Source: Dimorphilus gyrociliatus (lineage: Eukaryota; Animalia; Annelida). Taken from it: 64,000 nt of DNA. The DNA lies in the NCBI GenBank assembly GCA_904063045.1, contig CAJFCJ010000005.1, forward strand, positions 2,784,165 to 2,848,164, in the 5' to 3' direction. The position numbers were made by a program, and so were the translations under genes. Shown in pieces: positions 14,393-26,190 of the stretch. Below the pieces are notes generated by a model, which was given only the letters and a program-made list of their open reading frames with translations, was not told the DNA's origin and did not search any database. Every line of letters begins with the position of its first letter. The stretch's first letter is position 1.

Positions 14393-17211
14393 TTACCATG
14401 GTTTGGACTTATCATCATCATTCTCTTTCGTATCTTCAATTGATTTTAGACGTTCCCCTTCATCCTCATCGTCGTCTAATCGAGAACGACTTATAACACT
14501 ATCGCTTACAACGGAAACTTCTTCGATTGGTGAGAGAGTTCCTGTTCCCCCGAAGCGAGGTTCTCTTAAATATCCTGCAAGATAATTCTCTTCCTGTAGA
14601 ATATCCTCTATTTTTCCATTGTCATTTGTTTCGGCTAAATTTTCATTAGCTACAACGTTTATACCGTCTGATATTGTTTGATCTGAATCGGAATCTTCTT
14701 CTTTTATTCTTTTATTAGAACCAGACCGATCAAAATATTCAGGTTCCGTGTCTGGATCAGTTGAGGAATCGCTTAAAAATTCTTGGTGTAATTTTGAGCT
14801 TTGCTGAGTTTTAATGAAGTTTATAATTTTCATTTCATCTCTTTTAACTTCTGGTGGAGATTTAACAGCCCTAACCCCTAGGCGATCTGTCGGTTGATAT
14901 CTTGAGATTTCGTCCATATGTTCTTCGAGGGAATGCTGAAAATTGTGGGAATGTGGATGAACTGCTCTATATGTGGTTAATTTCTCAAGAACGGAATGTA
15001 AGTGTTGCTTAAAAATGAAATTCGGATCCCTTATTAAAGAAACTTCACTCGAAAGAATAATTCTTCTCTCTTTTTGCAAATAGGATAAATCATTTCGAAA
15101 AGATTGAACACGAGCTTGTAAATGGTCAAATTTGGCAAAGTTAACTGTGCGAGGAGGCACCTTTAATGCATCTTCATATAGCGTAGTTTGCACTTTGTGA
15201 AAGTGATCCATTGTTGATCTATTTATATAAAATTATTTCATTGTTATCAATTAACAACAAACAAGTATTGCTCAAACCTCTCACAACGCCCTCTTTCTCT
15301 TAATATACTAAGAAGATCATTAGTTAATTGCATATATTTCTCTATGAGATTCGTAGCTAAGGAATAATCATTTGCGGCTTCTCGAGATTCAGTTATATTA
15401 CGGCTTGATATATTCAGTAACTAGGAAATAATAGTAAAGAAAGTTATTAAAAGTAATTTTTAAGAGAATTGCATTGAAAAAAAAATCACCTGTTCAGTAA
15501 ATTCTTCCATTTGTTGATTTTCTTGTCTACATTCAGAGTATAGCGAACTTACATTAGCTAGCTTCGTTACTATCTCGTTACACGTATGAACCAAACCAAG
15601 ATATGCAGTGCACTGCCTTTGATTGTTGAAATCTGATAAATACAATGGAGTATGTCCACTTTGATTTGTTGAAGTTACATTGCAACCGAATTCTACCAAT
15701 GTTTGTAAACATGTTAAATGGCCATATTTGGCAGCAACATGGGCAAGGCTGTTGCCATTTATATCTTTAAGTTCGTCTACATTTACTTTTTCACGTTCAA
15801 GTCGTTGTAATAGCAATCTAAGACAACCATCTTGGCCGTATTTAGCCGCCAAATGAACAAAAGATCTTCTAACAGGATCTCCGGGTAGGAAGTAGGAGGG
15901 AATATTTTGAGAACTTAATAGAGAATCTAAGCAGTCTACTTGACCTGCTTTAATACAAGAACCTAGTGGCGTTAATTTTTCATTATTTTCTACTCTCATC
16001 AAGTCAGGGAAACGTTCCATTAACAATTTAACAATATGAACATTTCCAACAGTTGTTGCACAATGCAGTATAGTGTTGCCATTTTCGTATCGTTTGTCGA
16101 TAATACGACCATTTTTTGACGAATTTATTATGTCGAGCTGGGAAGGGTAAACATTTACTATTGAGTTACTATTTATTAAAGGAACATTACCAATTTTTGT
16201 ATTTGTCCTGTTTCTATAGCATTAATGATAGGATCGGTGATTTTTGAATTAGACTTTATGAGAGTTTCTCCACGACTGTCTGACGGATCGGTCGATACAT
16301 ATTCCAAGACATTTTTACCCGATGAAGTTGATATCATTTGGGGCATCGTTCTCATAGATCGAGAAATATTTGTGTGCTTCTTAAGTGGACTAGAGCTTGA
16401 GAAAAGAGAGGGTGGAAGACTTGTTGAGGAACCATGTCGTTTAAAATTTGTCTGATTTGTTGTACCATTACCGATAGCGTTTAAACTTTGTATAGATTTT
16501 GTCAGATTTTTTGAAGGCAAATTTGACGCGTCTAGTTTTAAAACACTTTCACGAACTCGTTGAGCTTCTTCTTCACATCTTATACATTCTTCGCGTGATT
16601 TTCTCAAAACATTCTCAGCAATTTTTCTTCGTTTCTCACATTCTTCACGTTCTTTTTCGCGTGAATGAGGTAGTTGAGGCTGTTCAAATACGCGTTCAAA
16701 AACCATTGATAGCTTATTAAAGGATAACAATGAAAAAAATAGTTATTTACCAAAACTATATCTTTTGAAACGGAATCTAAATTAAATCGTTCGGAAAGTT
16801 CTTTTTCTATATCAAAATGCTCTGCATCATTTAATGAAACTTTTTGATCTTTAGTATTTCTTAAGCAAGAGATATCTGATTAGGAGGTTAAAAAAATAAG
16901 TTTTACTTTATAATCTTTACACACAAGTTTACGACAAATTTCTATTCGAACATCTTACCTAGTATAGCTTCGGGATTATCTTCTAGTGCTAAATTATTAA
17001 GATTTCTTGCGTATCCTTCTAAATTATATTCTTGAACACCCAATTTATTAAGATAGTCCTAATTAAGAAAAAAAATTCATTGAATGAATTGATTCATAAT
17101 CACCAAAACTAAAAGTAGTATTACCCCTGCTGTATTATGTTGATGATATTTAGATTCTAAATGACTATCAAAATAAGATTGACTTTCATTTAGATTATTT
17201 TCAGCCTTCAT
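14393..17211 (-). CDS. SNCAIP: Synphilin-1-like ankyrin-repeat/coiled-coil protein, multi-exon; 5' end uncertain
   Basis: Ankyrin repeats (NTILHCATT, LTPLGSCIKAG, SFVHLAAKYG, SLAHVAAKYGHLTCLQTLVEFGCNV) are followed by QCTAYLGLVHTCNEIVTKL, resembling the synphilin-1 post-ankyrin helix. Exons join in phase. Confidence 0.7.
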
Positions 17212-17631
17212 TCCAACAAACTTATCAAATTTAAACTTGTTCCGTCGTATTATCGCTCCACTATGTTTTGTTTTGGCGGACTGACTAATCTCCGGACGGA
17301 GGGAGCGCTCTAAATATTTCTTGTAAAGAAATCAGGGACACTTAAAATTGTGATATAAGTTATCTAATGACATAATAAGTTGTGTTTGATATTTTAAAGG
17401 ATCTTTTCCTGGATTATTTTAGGTAAATTTTTATGCAACGATCTTCTAGCTTTCATGTTCAAAGTGTAAGTATTCTATCCGAATCATAATATATTTTTTT
17501 GTTGCGCAGAACCGTTATTAGTCATACCATTTTTTTTATACAACTCTAAGCCTAGTTATTCTAGTAGTTTTTCTACATTTTAATAATTTTATGATTTATA
17601 GGGTTTTTTATAAAAATTATAGTAAAGAGAA

Positions 17632-18025
17632 ATGGAAATTTTGAAGCATTTCTCCAGATTGGCTCTGGCAATATCAGCAACTTCTTTACTATATCTGATT
17701 TGGAGAAGAAAATATCAGAAACAACTAAAGAATAGCACGTGTTTTATTATATCCTCTCAATCTTTATTTTAATGTGAAATTTTATATATATATAAAACAG
17801 ATAAGAACGTTCCTGCACCAAATTCTTCTCAAAAGAATGTTACGTCTACAATACAAAAGCTGGAAAAGATTGAAAATGCTAACGTCACGAAAGAACAATT
17901 AACTAGCTTGATATATTTGCTGAATAACAATAATAATTTGAAAGAATCGGATCAAGTTAAAATTCTTAGTACATTAACGAATGCGGCTGCATTTGCTACA
18001 AATATGGGTATTTACTAAACTGTTG

Positions 18026-18060
<35 letters not shown>

Positions 18061-18894
18061 CAGTATATACTTATATTCTGTTTCTTAATTCATGCTAGAC
18101 ACGTTACGATTATGTCTAGATACAGTAATAGACATGGCAAACAATCTGTCACAATTTGAGAAAGACGATACTAAAGCGATTGTTCTACGTTTAATAAATA
18201 ATTTAAGTATGAATATTCAAAATCAAAAAATATTACAGGTAAGTTTTACGCTACGTAATAAACAATTAGTCTATAAATTTTTTTAATAATTAAATAGATA
18301 CTTATACAACCATTAATTGAGATATATTTGGATAAAAAACATTCAAAAGTTATAAAACTTGCTACTATACAATGTCTGACAAATTTATCGACATTAAATG
18401 AATATCATTATTATTTTGTTGAAGATACTTCACAGTTATTGGACAGATTTGACGAAGAACAAGACTCAAGCCTCAAAAAAGGCAACCTAAGCGTTTTAGT
18501 TAATTTATCATCAAATAATAAATATTGCCACAATTTCATTCATCTACCGGTTAGTTTTTAATAATAATAACAATTATAATATGTAAAATATCTTATATAC
18601 TTGTGTATAATCCTTTTAGCTTCCTGATTGTCATAATTTTATAACATCGGAAGACTATCCTGATTCAACAGTGCAGAAAAAGTACTTTTCGTTTGTAAAT
18701 AATATTCTACGTAACGTTGAAAGAAATTTAATGGAGCATTGCGAAGAAGGAACTATTGGTTATTGTCTATTAAATAACTAAAAATACAATTTTCTATAAA
18801 TACTATGAAGGAAATGCTATGATTTTATCGCTCTTTATATGTAGACGTAAAATTATCAATATTAATCCCATATATTAAATCAACATGCAACTAA
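17632..18894 (+). CDS. ARMC10: ARMC10/ARMCX-family armadillo protein with N-terminal membrane anchor, multi-exon
   Basis: N-terminal TM segment MEILKHFSRLALAISATSLLYLIWRRK, then LSTLTNAAAFATN, IVLRLINNLSMNIQNQKIL, IQCLTNLS and LSVLVNLSSN, the Arm repeats typical of this family. Confidence 0.7.
18028..18070. repeat. Intronic (TA)n microsatellite with TACAGTA interruption
   Basis: TA run inside an ARMC10-like intron; TACAGTA at 18059-18065. Confidence 0.85.
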
Positions 18895-19964
18895 TCTTGC
18901 GTATTAGTATCACGCCAAAAAGTAACTTCCCTGACCTCTCTTTTTATCTAAAAAATTACGTATTTTCTTACAACATTAAAATAGATAAATTCAAGTTCTT
19001 TGTCAATTCCTATCTATCGATAGTTATTAATCATGCTTTATCTGATTTTAAAATTTTAAATAGTGCTATATAGATAATTGCGCAATTCTTAGTAACTGAT
19101 TTCCATATCCTATAACTATGTTAGATTATCCCTTTGTAAGTTTCCTGAATGGTGAAATTTCTGTAACCTGTCTCCTCAAGGTTATTAAATGATATAAGGA
19201 AATTTTTTATGGTGACGCAACGTTTAATCATGAGAATAGCCCCGCATTTAAATACAGAGTTGAAAATATTTCCTTTTCAAGGGGGGGGAAAGTCAAGGGG
19301 AGGAATATAAGAGGAGAGAAAAGCTGTTCTATAAATACTATATGAATAGATAGTTGTGTACGAAAAGTTAATTTCCGAGCTATTATTGAAAAATATTACC
19401 GAAAAATATAAAGGCCTAGTTTGTGCATATGTTTTTTAGTGTAAATTGAGTTGTTTATTTGCGACTTTATATGTTTTTCATAAAAACGCCAATGATTCGA
19501 CTTACTCCCCTATAAGAGTCAGCTGATATAATAGAAAATTCATATTCATGCAGTCCAACTATTAAACTATTGAGTTAAATTTTTTGGAACAAAAATAGAG
19601 AATATGGCGGAAATATAACCACAATATTCTTCTACTCTTACATATATTTTACGTGGGCTATTTCAACTATTCTCTTATAGAGTGATGTTGCAACTTCCTG
19701 TCTCCTAACATCAAGGTGAATTTGTAGGTCTCAAAAAATATAACACGTGTTGTCGCTCCACTATAAGTCCTCCAGTTAATTTCATTCGGCTTTAGGAAGT
19801 GTTGTAGACAACATTGTTATAATTATGTTTTATTATCGGACATAGTTAAACAACTGTCAATATCTCTATTTCAAAAAATTTTTATTCAAGATTACTCACT
19901 TCTAATCAACCTTCAAAGAAACTTCATAGTTTTTATGTTTATCGTTTATACTTGATCTTCAATA

Positions 19965-21537
19965 ATGACGGTTGAAGAATATTCTAGTCAATATGACGAT
20001 ACAGAAGATTTTGAAAGGAGATCGGATAAAGTTGAAGATTTTATGAATTTGGAGGAGAAATCAACAGAAATTTGTGAAAAAGGAAATATTGTAGAAGAGA
20101 TTGAAATAAAGAAAAATGATAATAAATTCGAAGAAGGAGGATACGGTTGGCTCATTTGCATTGGAGCTTTTATTATCTATTTCATTATTGGTGGAGTTAT
20201 GAGATGTTATTCTCTATTCTATGATTCTCTATTAGAAAAATTCGAACATTCGAATGCTAAAACAGCTTGGGTTGGTGCTATTCATAGTTCTACCAAACTA
20301 TTACTTGGTAAGTTATAAATAAAACAATTTGTACCTTTGTAATTGATTGTTTACTTTATAATAGGACCTGTTGCGGGTGCTCTTCAAGGATATTTGAGCC
20401 CGAGACAAATGATTTTTATAGGAGCAACATGTTGGTCTTTGGGACTTGTTTTAACTGGTATTTCGAATTCCTTAGAACTATGTATTGTATCTTTTGGTAT
20501 ACTAAGCGCTCTGGGGGCCAACTTTTTACTAGTTACAACTTTATTCATAATTCCTCAATATTTCAATAAAAAGAAAGGAAAAGTTATGGGATTAGTTTTC
20601 TGCGGAGTTAGCACTGGTATGATAGCTTTCGCGTATATTTTCCCATTGTTATTCGACCAATACGGATTCTTTGGAACATTTCTAATTTTAAGTGGAGTCT
20701 CATTGCACATCTTTATCTCTGCTATGTTATATAGATTACCGACAAATACTCAGCTAAAGAAAGACACGCTAATCAAAGATAAAAATGATGATAGTTTTGA
20801 TAAAAAGAAAGCTTTGAGTGAGAGATTTATTAATGAACTCAAATCAAAACTCAGACTATTTCAGAATAGATCCTTCTGCTTTAGCTGTTTCGTCTTCTCT
20901 TCGCTATTTGTTGCATTTAATACGATAAATACATTTACATCTGGCCTATTAAGAGAAAGAGATTTCAAATCAAATGACGTCTCTCTACTATTTCTAGTAA
21001 GTGGATTATTAGACGTTTTAAGCAGACCAATTTTTGGCATTATAATTGACATAAAGCCGTTAAGAGAACGGCGATATTTAGTCTATACTGCTATATCGTG
21101 TTTTGGTGGAATAGGAATATTATGTATGGCATTATTTGCTCATTCTAGAATTCTCTTGCTCTGCCTTATACCTATTTCTACATCGGTAATAGGCTCTTGT
21201 GCCAGCCAATTAAATACTATAGTCAGCGACATAGTTGAACTTGATCGACTTGGAGATGCCATAGGATTTGTTCGTTTCACTCAGGGAGTAGGTGTTCTCT
21301 TTGCACCGACAATTGGAGGTAAAAGTTGAAATATTTCTTTTATATTTTAATACTAAATATTAATTATTTTTTATAGGTCTACTGAAAGACATCACCGATA
21401 CTTACACGTACAATTTTATCCTCTCTGCAGTACTCCTAATTATTCCGACCATATTATTTGCGTTCTATATGCACCTAATCGACTCTAGAAAGAAGAAGAA
21501 GGAAAGAGAAGGAGTTACTGTATTTACCGTTGCCTAA
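19965..21537 (+). CDS. Monocarboxylate transporter family (SLC16/MCT-like) MFS permease, 3 exons
   Basis: EEGGYGWLICIGAF (MCT signature DGGWGW-like), AKTAWVG, GPVAGAL, QYFNKKKGKVMGL and DVLSRPIFG motifs, with multiple TM helices. Exons approx. 19965-20307, 20365-21318 and 21378-21537. Confidence 0.88.
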
Positions 21538-23273
21538 AAAGAAATTCTGAGTTAATTTTACAAAATTCTAATTTATTTTTAGACATTTTTAAATTTATTT
21601 TTTCTTTGTTGTACAAAGAAAAAATAAGAATACGTATTATTAATAGTGAGTTACCTCGTTCATATTCACTACCTGTGGGGATCTCAAGGTATTAAATTAC
21701 AATTTATAGAGCCATATACTGTATGTATTATATAAAAAAGATGGTTAAAATATGTTCACCCTACTCAACCTCAACGTTGATGATTACTTGAACTATATGT
21801 GTGCTATATCAGTGTAATATTTGTGCCATATAGACTGATATTGTTTATAGATATAAAATATTTACATATTTTAAATTATTGTATCTTAATAAAGTATTGA
21901 TAAGAAAGATTTTATTCGAATAGTTGCGACCTTTTTACGCTTATTATTCTTTCTTCATATTTCGGTTTAAAGACTATTTATCTTTCATAGATTATTTTTT
22001 CAATGCCTCTTTCTTTTTACGTCATCGTATACTTTAGAAAAAATTTTCTTCTATTTTCTAACTGACTTTCCAAGAAAAGAGATTACTTTTAGAAGTTTAG
22101 AAAGGTCTCTGACCTATACAAATAATCAAACAGATACGCTTTATAAGATACATAAATAAAATTGTTAGATAAGGTGAATAAGAAAAGAAAGAACTTTTTA
22201 TATTAAATTGTTACTTTAAAATACAAATTGCAGTGATGTTGCTAACATTTGTTGAGCATCCGTATTTTGGCAACTGTAAAGAATATTCTTGAAGAAGAGT
22301 ATTGATAAAAAAAATTGGTAATAATAATAAATTAGCCATAAACATTGAGAAGAGAATAAGAAAATCTTGATGTAATATGTATAAACAATGTTTGATCAGT
22401 TAAGATACAATTAACGCTTATAAAACGTATTTAATATTTAAATATTTTTAAGTGAACGTTATCAATTTGAAGAAATCCATTTAATGACCCTTTGGTTTTT
22501 ACAAGGTTTTTTCTTTATCCCATATATTATAGTAAAAAGTAGGCTAAACGTAAAAAAAAAAAGAGGAAAAAAAGAGCTATCTAAATATAACACATTCGAA
22601 TACGGTTCAGTTTGGTTCCTTTATTCCCTCGGGGTCAAAAGTGGTTCGTAGGCTATATAATTATACTGTGTATTTGGGTATCACTTATATATAAGCTTGG
22701 TATAATATGTAAAAATACTGTATAATTTCATATATAGCACTATTTAACACATAATATAAACCTACAATCTCGAAATGCCACTTTACTGGGGTATTCGAAC
22801 GTATTTTAAGTATCAAATTCCACTAACATACTCTCTTAGGTACAAAAAGCATAGTATGGTTTGTACCACAATCTTTATTAGCTACGTTCGAATAAACTAT
22901 AAACGGAATGCAAAAAAGAATTAAGTGGGAGATTAAAAGGGGTAAAAGGAGAATTGGGTAATAAAATTCTATGGCCTTTACATTCTTTTTTATTGCCATA
23001 CCCAATCCTAACACCCACTACCCCCACCTCTTTCTCTTTTCTTCTTATTCCTCCTTTTTTTCTTCTTCTTCTTTTATTATTATTAATATTATTATTATTA
23101 TAAGAGGGTGTGTATTTTTGCTGATTACAAACCGTACTGCAGTATAGTAAAAGTTGAAGATAAATCTGAGGAAAGGAAACGGTGAAATTTGCATTAAAAT
23201 TTTTTTTTCGATCCTTTTTTGTTTTTTTACTCTTTTCTGAATACAGTAAATAACTTCTAATAAATTCGGAATG

Positions 23274-25463
23274 TTAGGAAAGTAGATTGAAGAAGAGGGT
23301 AGCGAGGGATATGTTGACGGCAAGGACCATCATTAGAAGTTGTTGCTGCTTGCACCAATCCTGAAGAGAAAAAAAACTGTTTCTAAAAACATTCTAAATA
23401 AAATATACCGTTTGGTAGTTTATATATAGCAGCTGGCTAGTTTTTTCGCGCTCGCTCTCTCCCTCTTTCTCCCTATCTCTCTCTCTCTCTCTCTCTCTCA
23501 CTCTCTTTCATTCCCTTACCTTAACACTGCCTAAACTGAGAACAATTTCCTGTCTTCGTCTTCGTTCCTCTTCTTCCTTGAGAAGACGTAGCTCTTCCCG
23601 ACGTTGAGTGCTCATCTTATAAACCTCCTCTCTGGGCAAGAGGTTCATTGTTGATTGAATACTCACGTCGGGTAGGCTACCTTTTATGTTATCGTTTACT
23701 TTTTCTATTTTCAAGCGAAAGGGTCCGTCCTTTTCAACGTCTTTACGGACCTGTTTTCGAATACCTTTGTCGACGACATACATCTTCTCTTCTTGTTTTT
23801 CATTCCTTTTAACTATACTAGGAAGAGTGGAACGCCGAACAAGGCCTGTTTGACCTAGTTGACTAGATTTTGTGGTTTCGGGAAGCTGGCCTAATTGATC
23901 ATTACGTTCCTCGCTGTGTCCGCGAGAAGGAGCTAGAGACGTTGTTCTAGACGCAGGTCTAGTCGAAACAGCTTCCAAACTTCTGCCTATACTTTCGGCA
24001 TCTAATCCGCTACCTGTTTCGTACTGATCGAAATGATCAGTAACTACTGTAGCGTCGAAAAGTTCTGAAAGACGGGCTGACTGTTGAACGGCCGGAAGTT
24101 TCACTTCTGGTATGGGAGGACGACTTTGTTGTGGGATGATAGGAGCAGCCGGAGAGATGTGATTTGTTAATTCAGTTGGTACTTTATTCTTTTGTATATC
24201 CGTACCTGGCTGATGGAATTCAGGTGCTACTTCCCTCGCTCTAACTCTCGCTTCGTTCGAATCATTTCTAGCCTTTGTTGCTGCCCTCTCAGCTTCATCA
24301 GATTTTGCTCTAGCATTAGACATTCTGGTCATAGCAATATCAGCCTTTTGGGCAGCAATCTGTGCTGCTCTTTGGGCGGCGCCAACTGCATTTTCTACTC
24401 TCTCTTTCAGTTTATTTGAACGAAGGATAAAGAGTTTACTTCTTCCTTGAGTGGAAGACACTAAAATATTATTCTTATATTTTCCATGCTCTTTTGAACC
24501 ATCTCGTAGAGTAGTTACTCCATAACCATGTTTAGTATTGTTTAACCACTCTCCTTCGTACCTTAGACCATCTGAACGTTCTGAAACGCCAAAACCGGCT
24601 CGTTTATCATTCTTCCATTCTCCTATATAGGTTTCAACTGCACTCGAATCAAGGTCATCAGTTGATAATAGGCTTGCTTCGCTCTCGGCATCAGTATCGT
24701 ATAGATGCGTTGCCGATTCAGCAGAATAAGTTGATCTCATTGAAGAAGTTTTTTTCGATCTCATAGATATATCGCCTGTTGATTTATTGTGTTTACGCAA
24801 TTTCAGAACGTCCATAAATTTTCGCCTAGACTTAGGTGTTTTTGATTGAAATGATGCGGCTGCGGTTGATTCATCTAAACGACCTTTGAGAACAAAACCA
24901 CCTCGAACTTCGTCCGATCGTTTATCGCGTCCTTCAACTTCCTGGTCAGTAGAACGAAGAGAACTTAGCGAAGCTCTAAGAGTTTTCGAATCGTAGTGGG
25001 CGGCAGCTAGTCCGTATGGTACCGATTGCCTCATGCCATACCCGTGTCTCATGCCTCTTAACCATTGGCCTCGATAAGTTCCACCGTCTGCATAGGTTTC
25101 TACACCGTAGCCATCTTGTAAGCCGGTCGTCCATGTTCCTTCGTATCTAGCATCCGAGTTTGTAGATAACCGTACCCCGTAGCGTCCTTTAAATCCATGT
25201 GTCCATTCACCCTTGTAGGTCCATTTACCTTTGAACTCCACACCAACGCCGTGTCGCTTTCCTTGCATCCATTCTCCTTCATAGCAATTACCACTAGGCC
25301 AAGTATAGACGCCGCTAATCTCAAAGCCGCTTTCCCACTCTCCAGAATATTCTCCTTGACCTTTCGGACCAGTACAAACTCCTGCTCCGTGTGCTTTTCC
25401 ATCTTGCCATCCTCCGCAATAGGTTCCACCGTCCTCGAAATCGAATCTACCTCCGCTACTCAT
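23274..25463 (-). CDS. JPH: Junctophilin (MORN repeats, C-terminal ER/SR anchor), 2 exons: 25463-23520 and 23360-23274
   Basis: [26 protein letters not shown] is the canonical junctophilin start. MORN repeats, the joining region and an alpha-helical domain follow. The terminal exon encodes the TM segment [28 protein letters not shown]. Confidence 0.95.
23458..23510. repeat. (CT)n microsatellite in the junctophilin intron
   Basis: ctctctctct run seen directly. Confidence 0.85.
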
Positions 25464-25693
25464 GCGGAATGAGACTGTCAACCAGTAAACGCCGCTATCA
25501 ACTCCTCTACATGTGAGTTTTTTAATCGAAAAGCTAGGCGAACTTGCTAGACACGCACCTGCAAATCCATATTTGGGGCGCAAGTTGATTCCAGCAGGAG
25601 CGATTACGACGCCACCTTGTTTTATTTTCTAACCTATCCGCGGCGCTACAAAATCGTCTATGCAACGAGCCAAGGCGTTCTACTTTTCCCCTT

Positions 25694-25738
25694 ATTATTA
25701 TTAATAATAATAACAATAATAACAATAATAATAATAAA
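25694..25738. repeat. (TTA)/(AAT)n trinucleotide microsatellite upstream of junctophilin
   Basis: ttattattattaataataataacaataataacaataata seen directly. Confidence 0.75.
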
Positions 25739-26190
25739 CTTCTATTTATCGATATACCATTACCTATATTACGATAAGAATGCTAATTAGCTGCTGCCAA
25801 TTTAGATAATCTATCATAGTTAATACTTTGTTAATGTCTTAATTATTATTACAAATATCTCAGTTTCCACCCCCACACCATCTCGCGTTTTGCAGTATTT
25901 AGGTCAAACTATATATTCCTTTAGTTATTTTAGTTTTCTTCTTATCAATTATCCTATAAAACGTTTTTCAAACAACTAATAGTTTTTGTATTTTATATTT
26001 CAAAAAAATACGAAACTCTGACTTCAGATGGCGTTAGAACAGTTGGTGTACGAAGGAACATAAAAAGTAAAAGTATTATCCAATTAAAAGAAGGTTTATC
26101 AATCGTTGATTATAAATAGAAAGTTTGATAAGACTTACTTTAGAAAAAAAAAATACAAGAAAAAGTAAAGAAACTACTATGATCGTTCGA

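Noticed and set aside
21540-23270. 1.7-kb ORF-free stretch between the convergent MCT and junctophilin genes
   Set aside because: No repeat, terminal inverted repeat or RNA structure recognised; consistent with 3' UTRs.
24192-25472. Overlapping ORFs in the junctophilin exon (24192, 25100, 25197)
   Set aside because: Shadow frames of a comparatively GC-rich coding exon.
25464-25583. 40-aa N-terminal extension of junctophilin in the ORF track
   Set aside because: It starts at a non-ATG codon, and the conserved family start is MSSGGRFDF at 25463.
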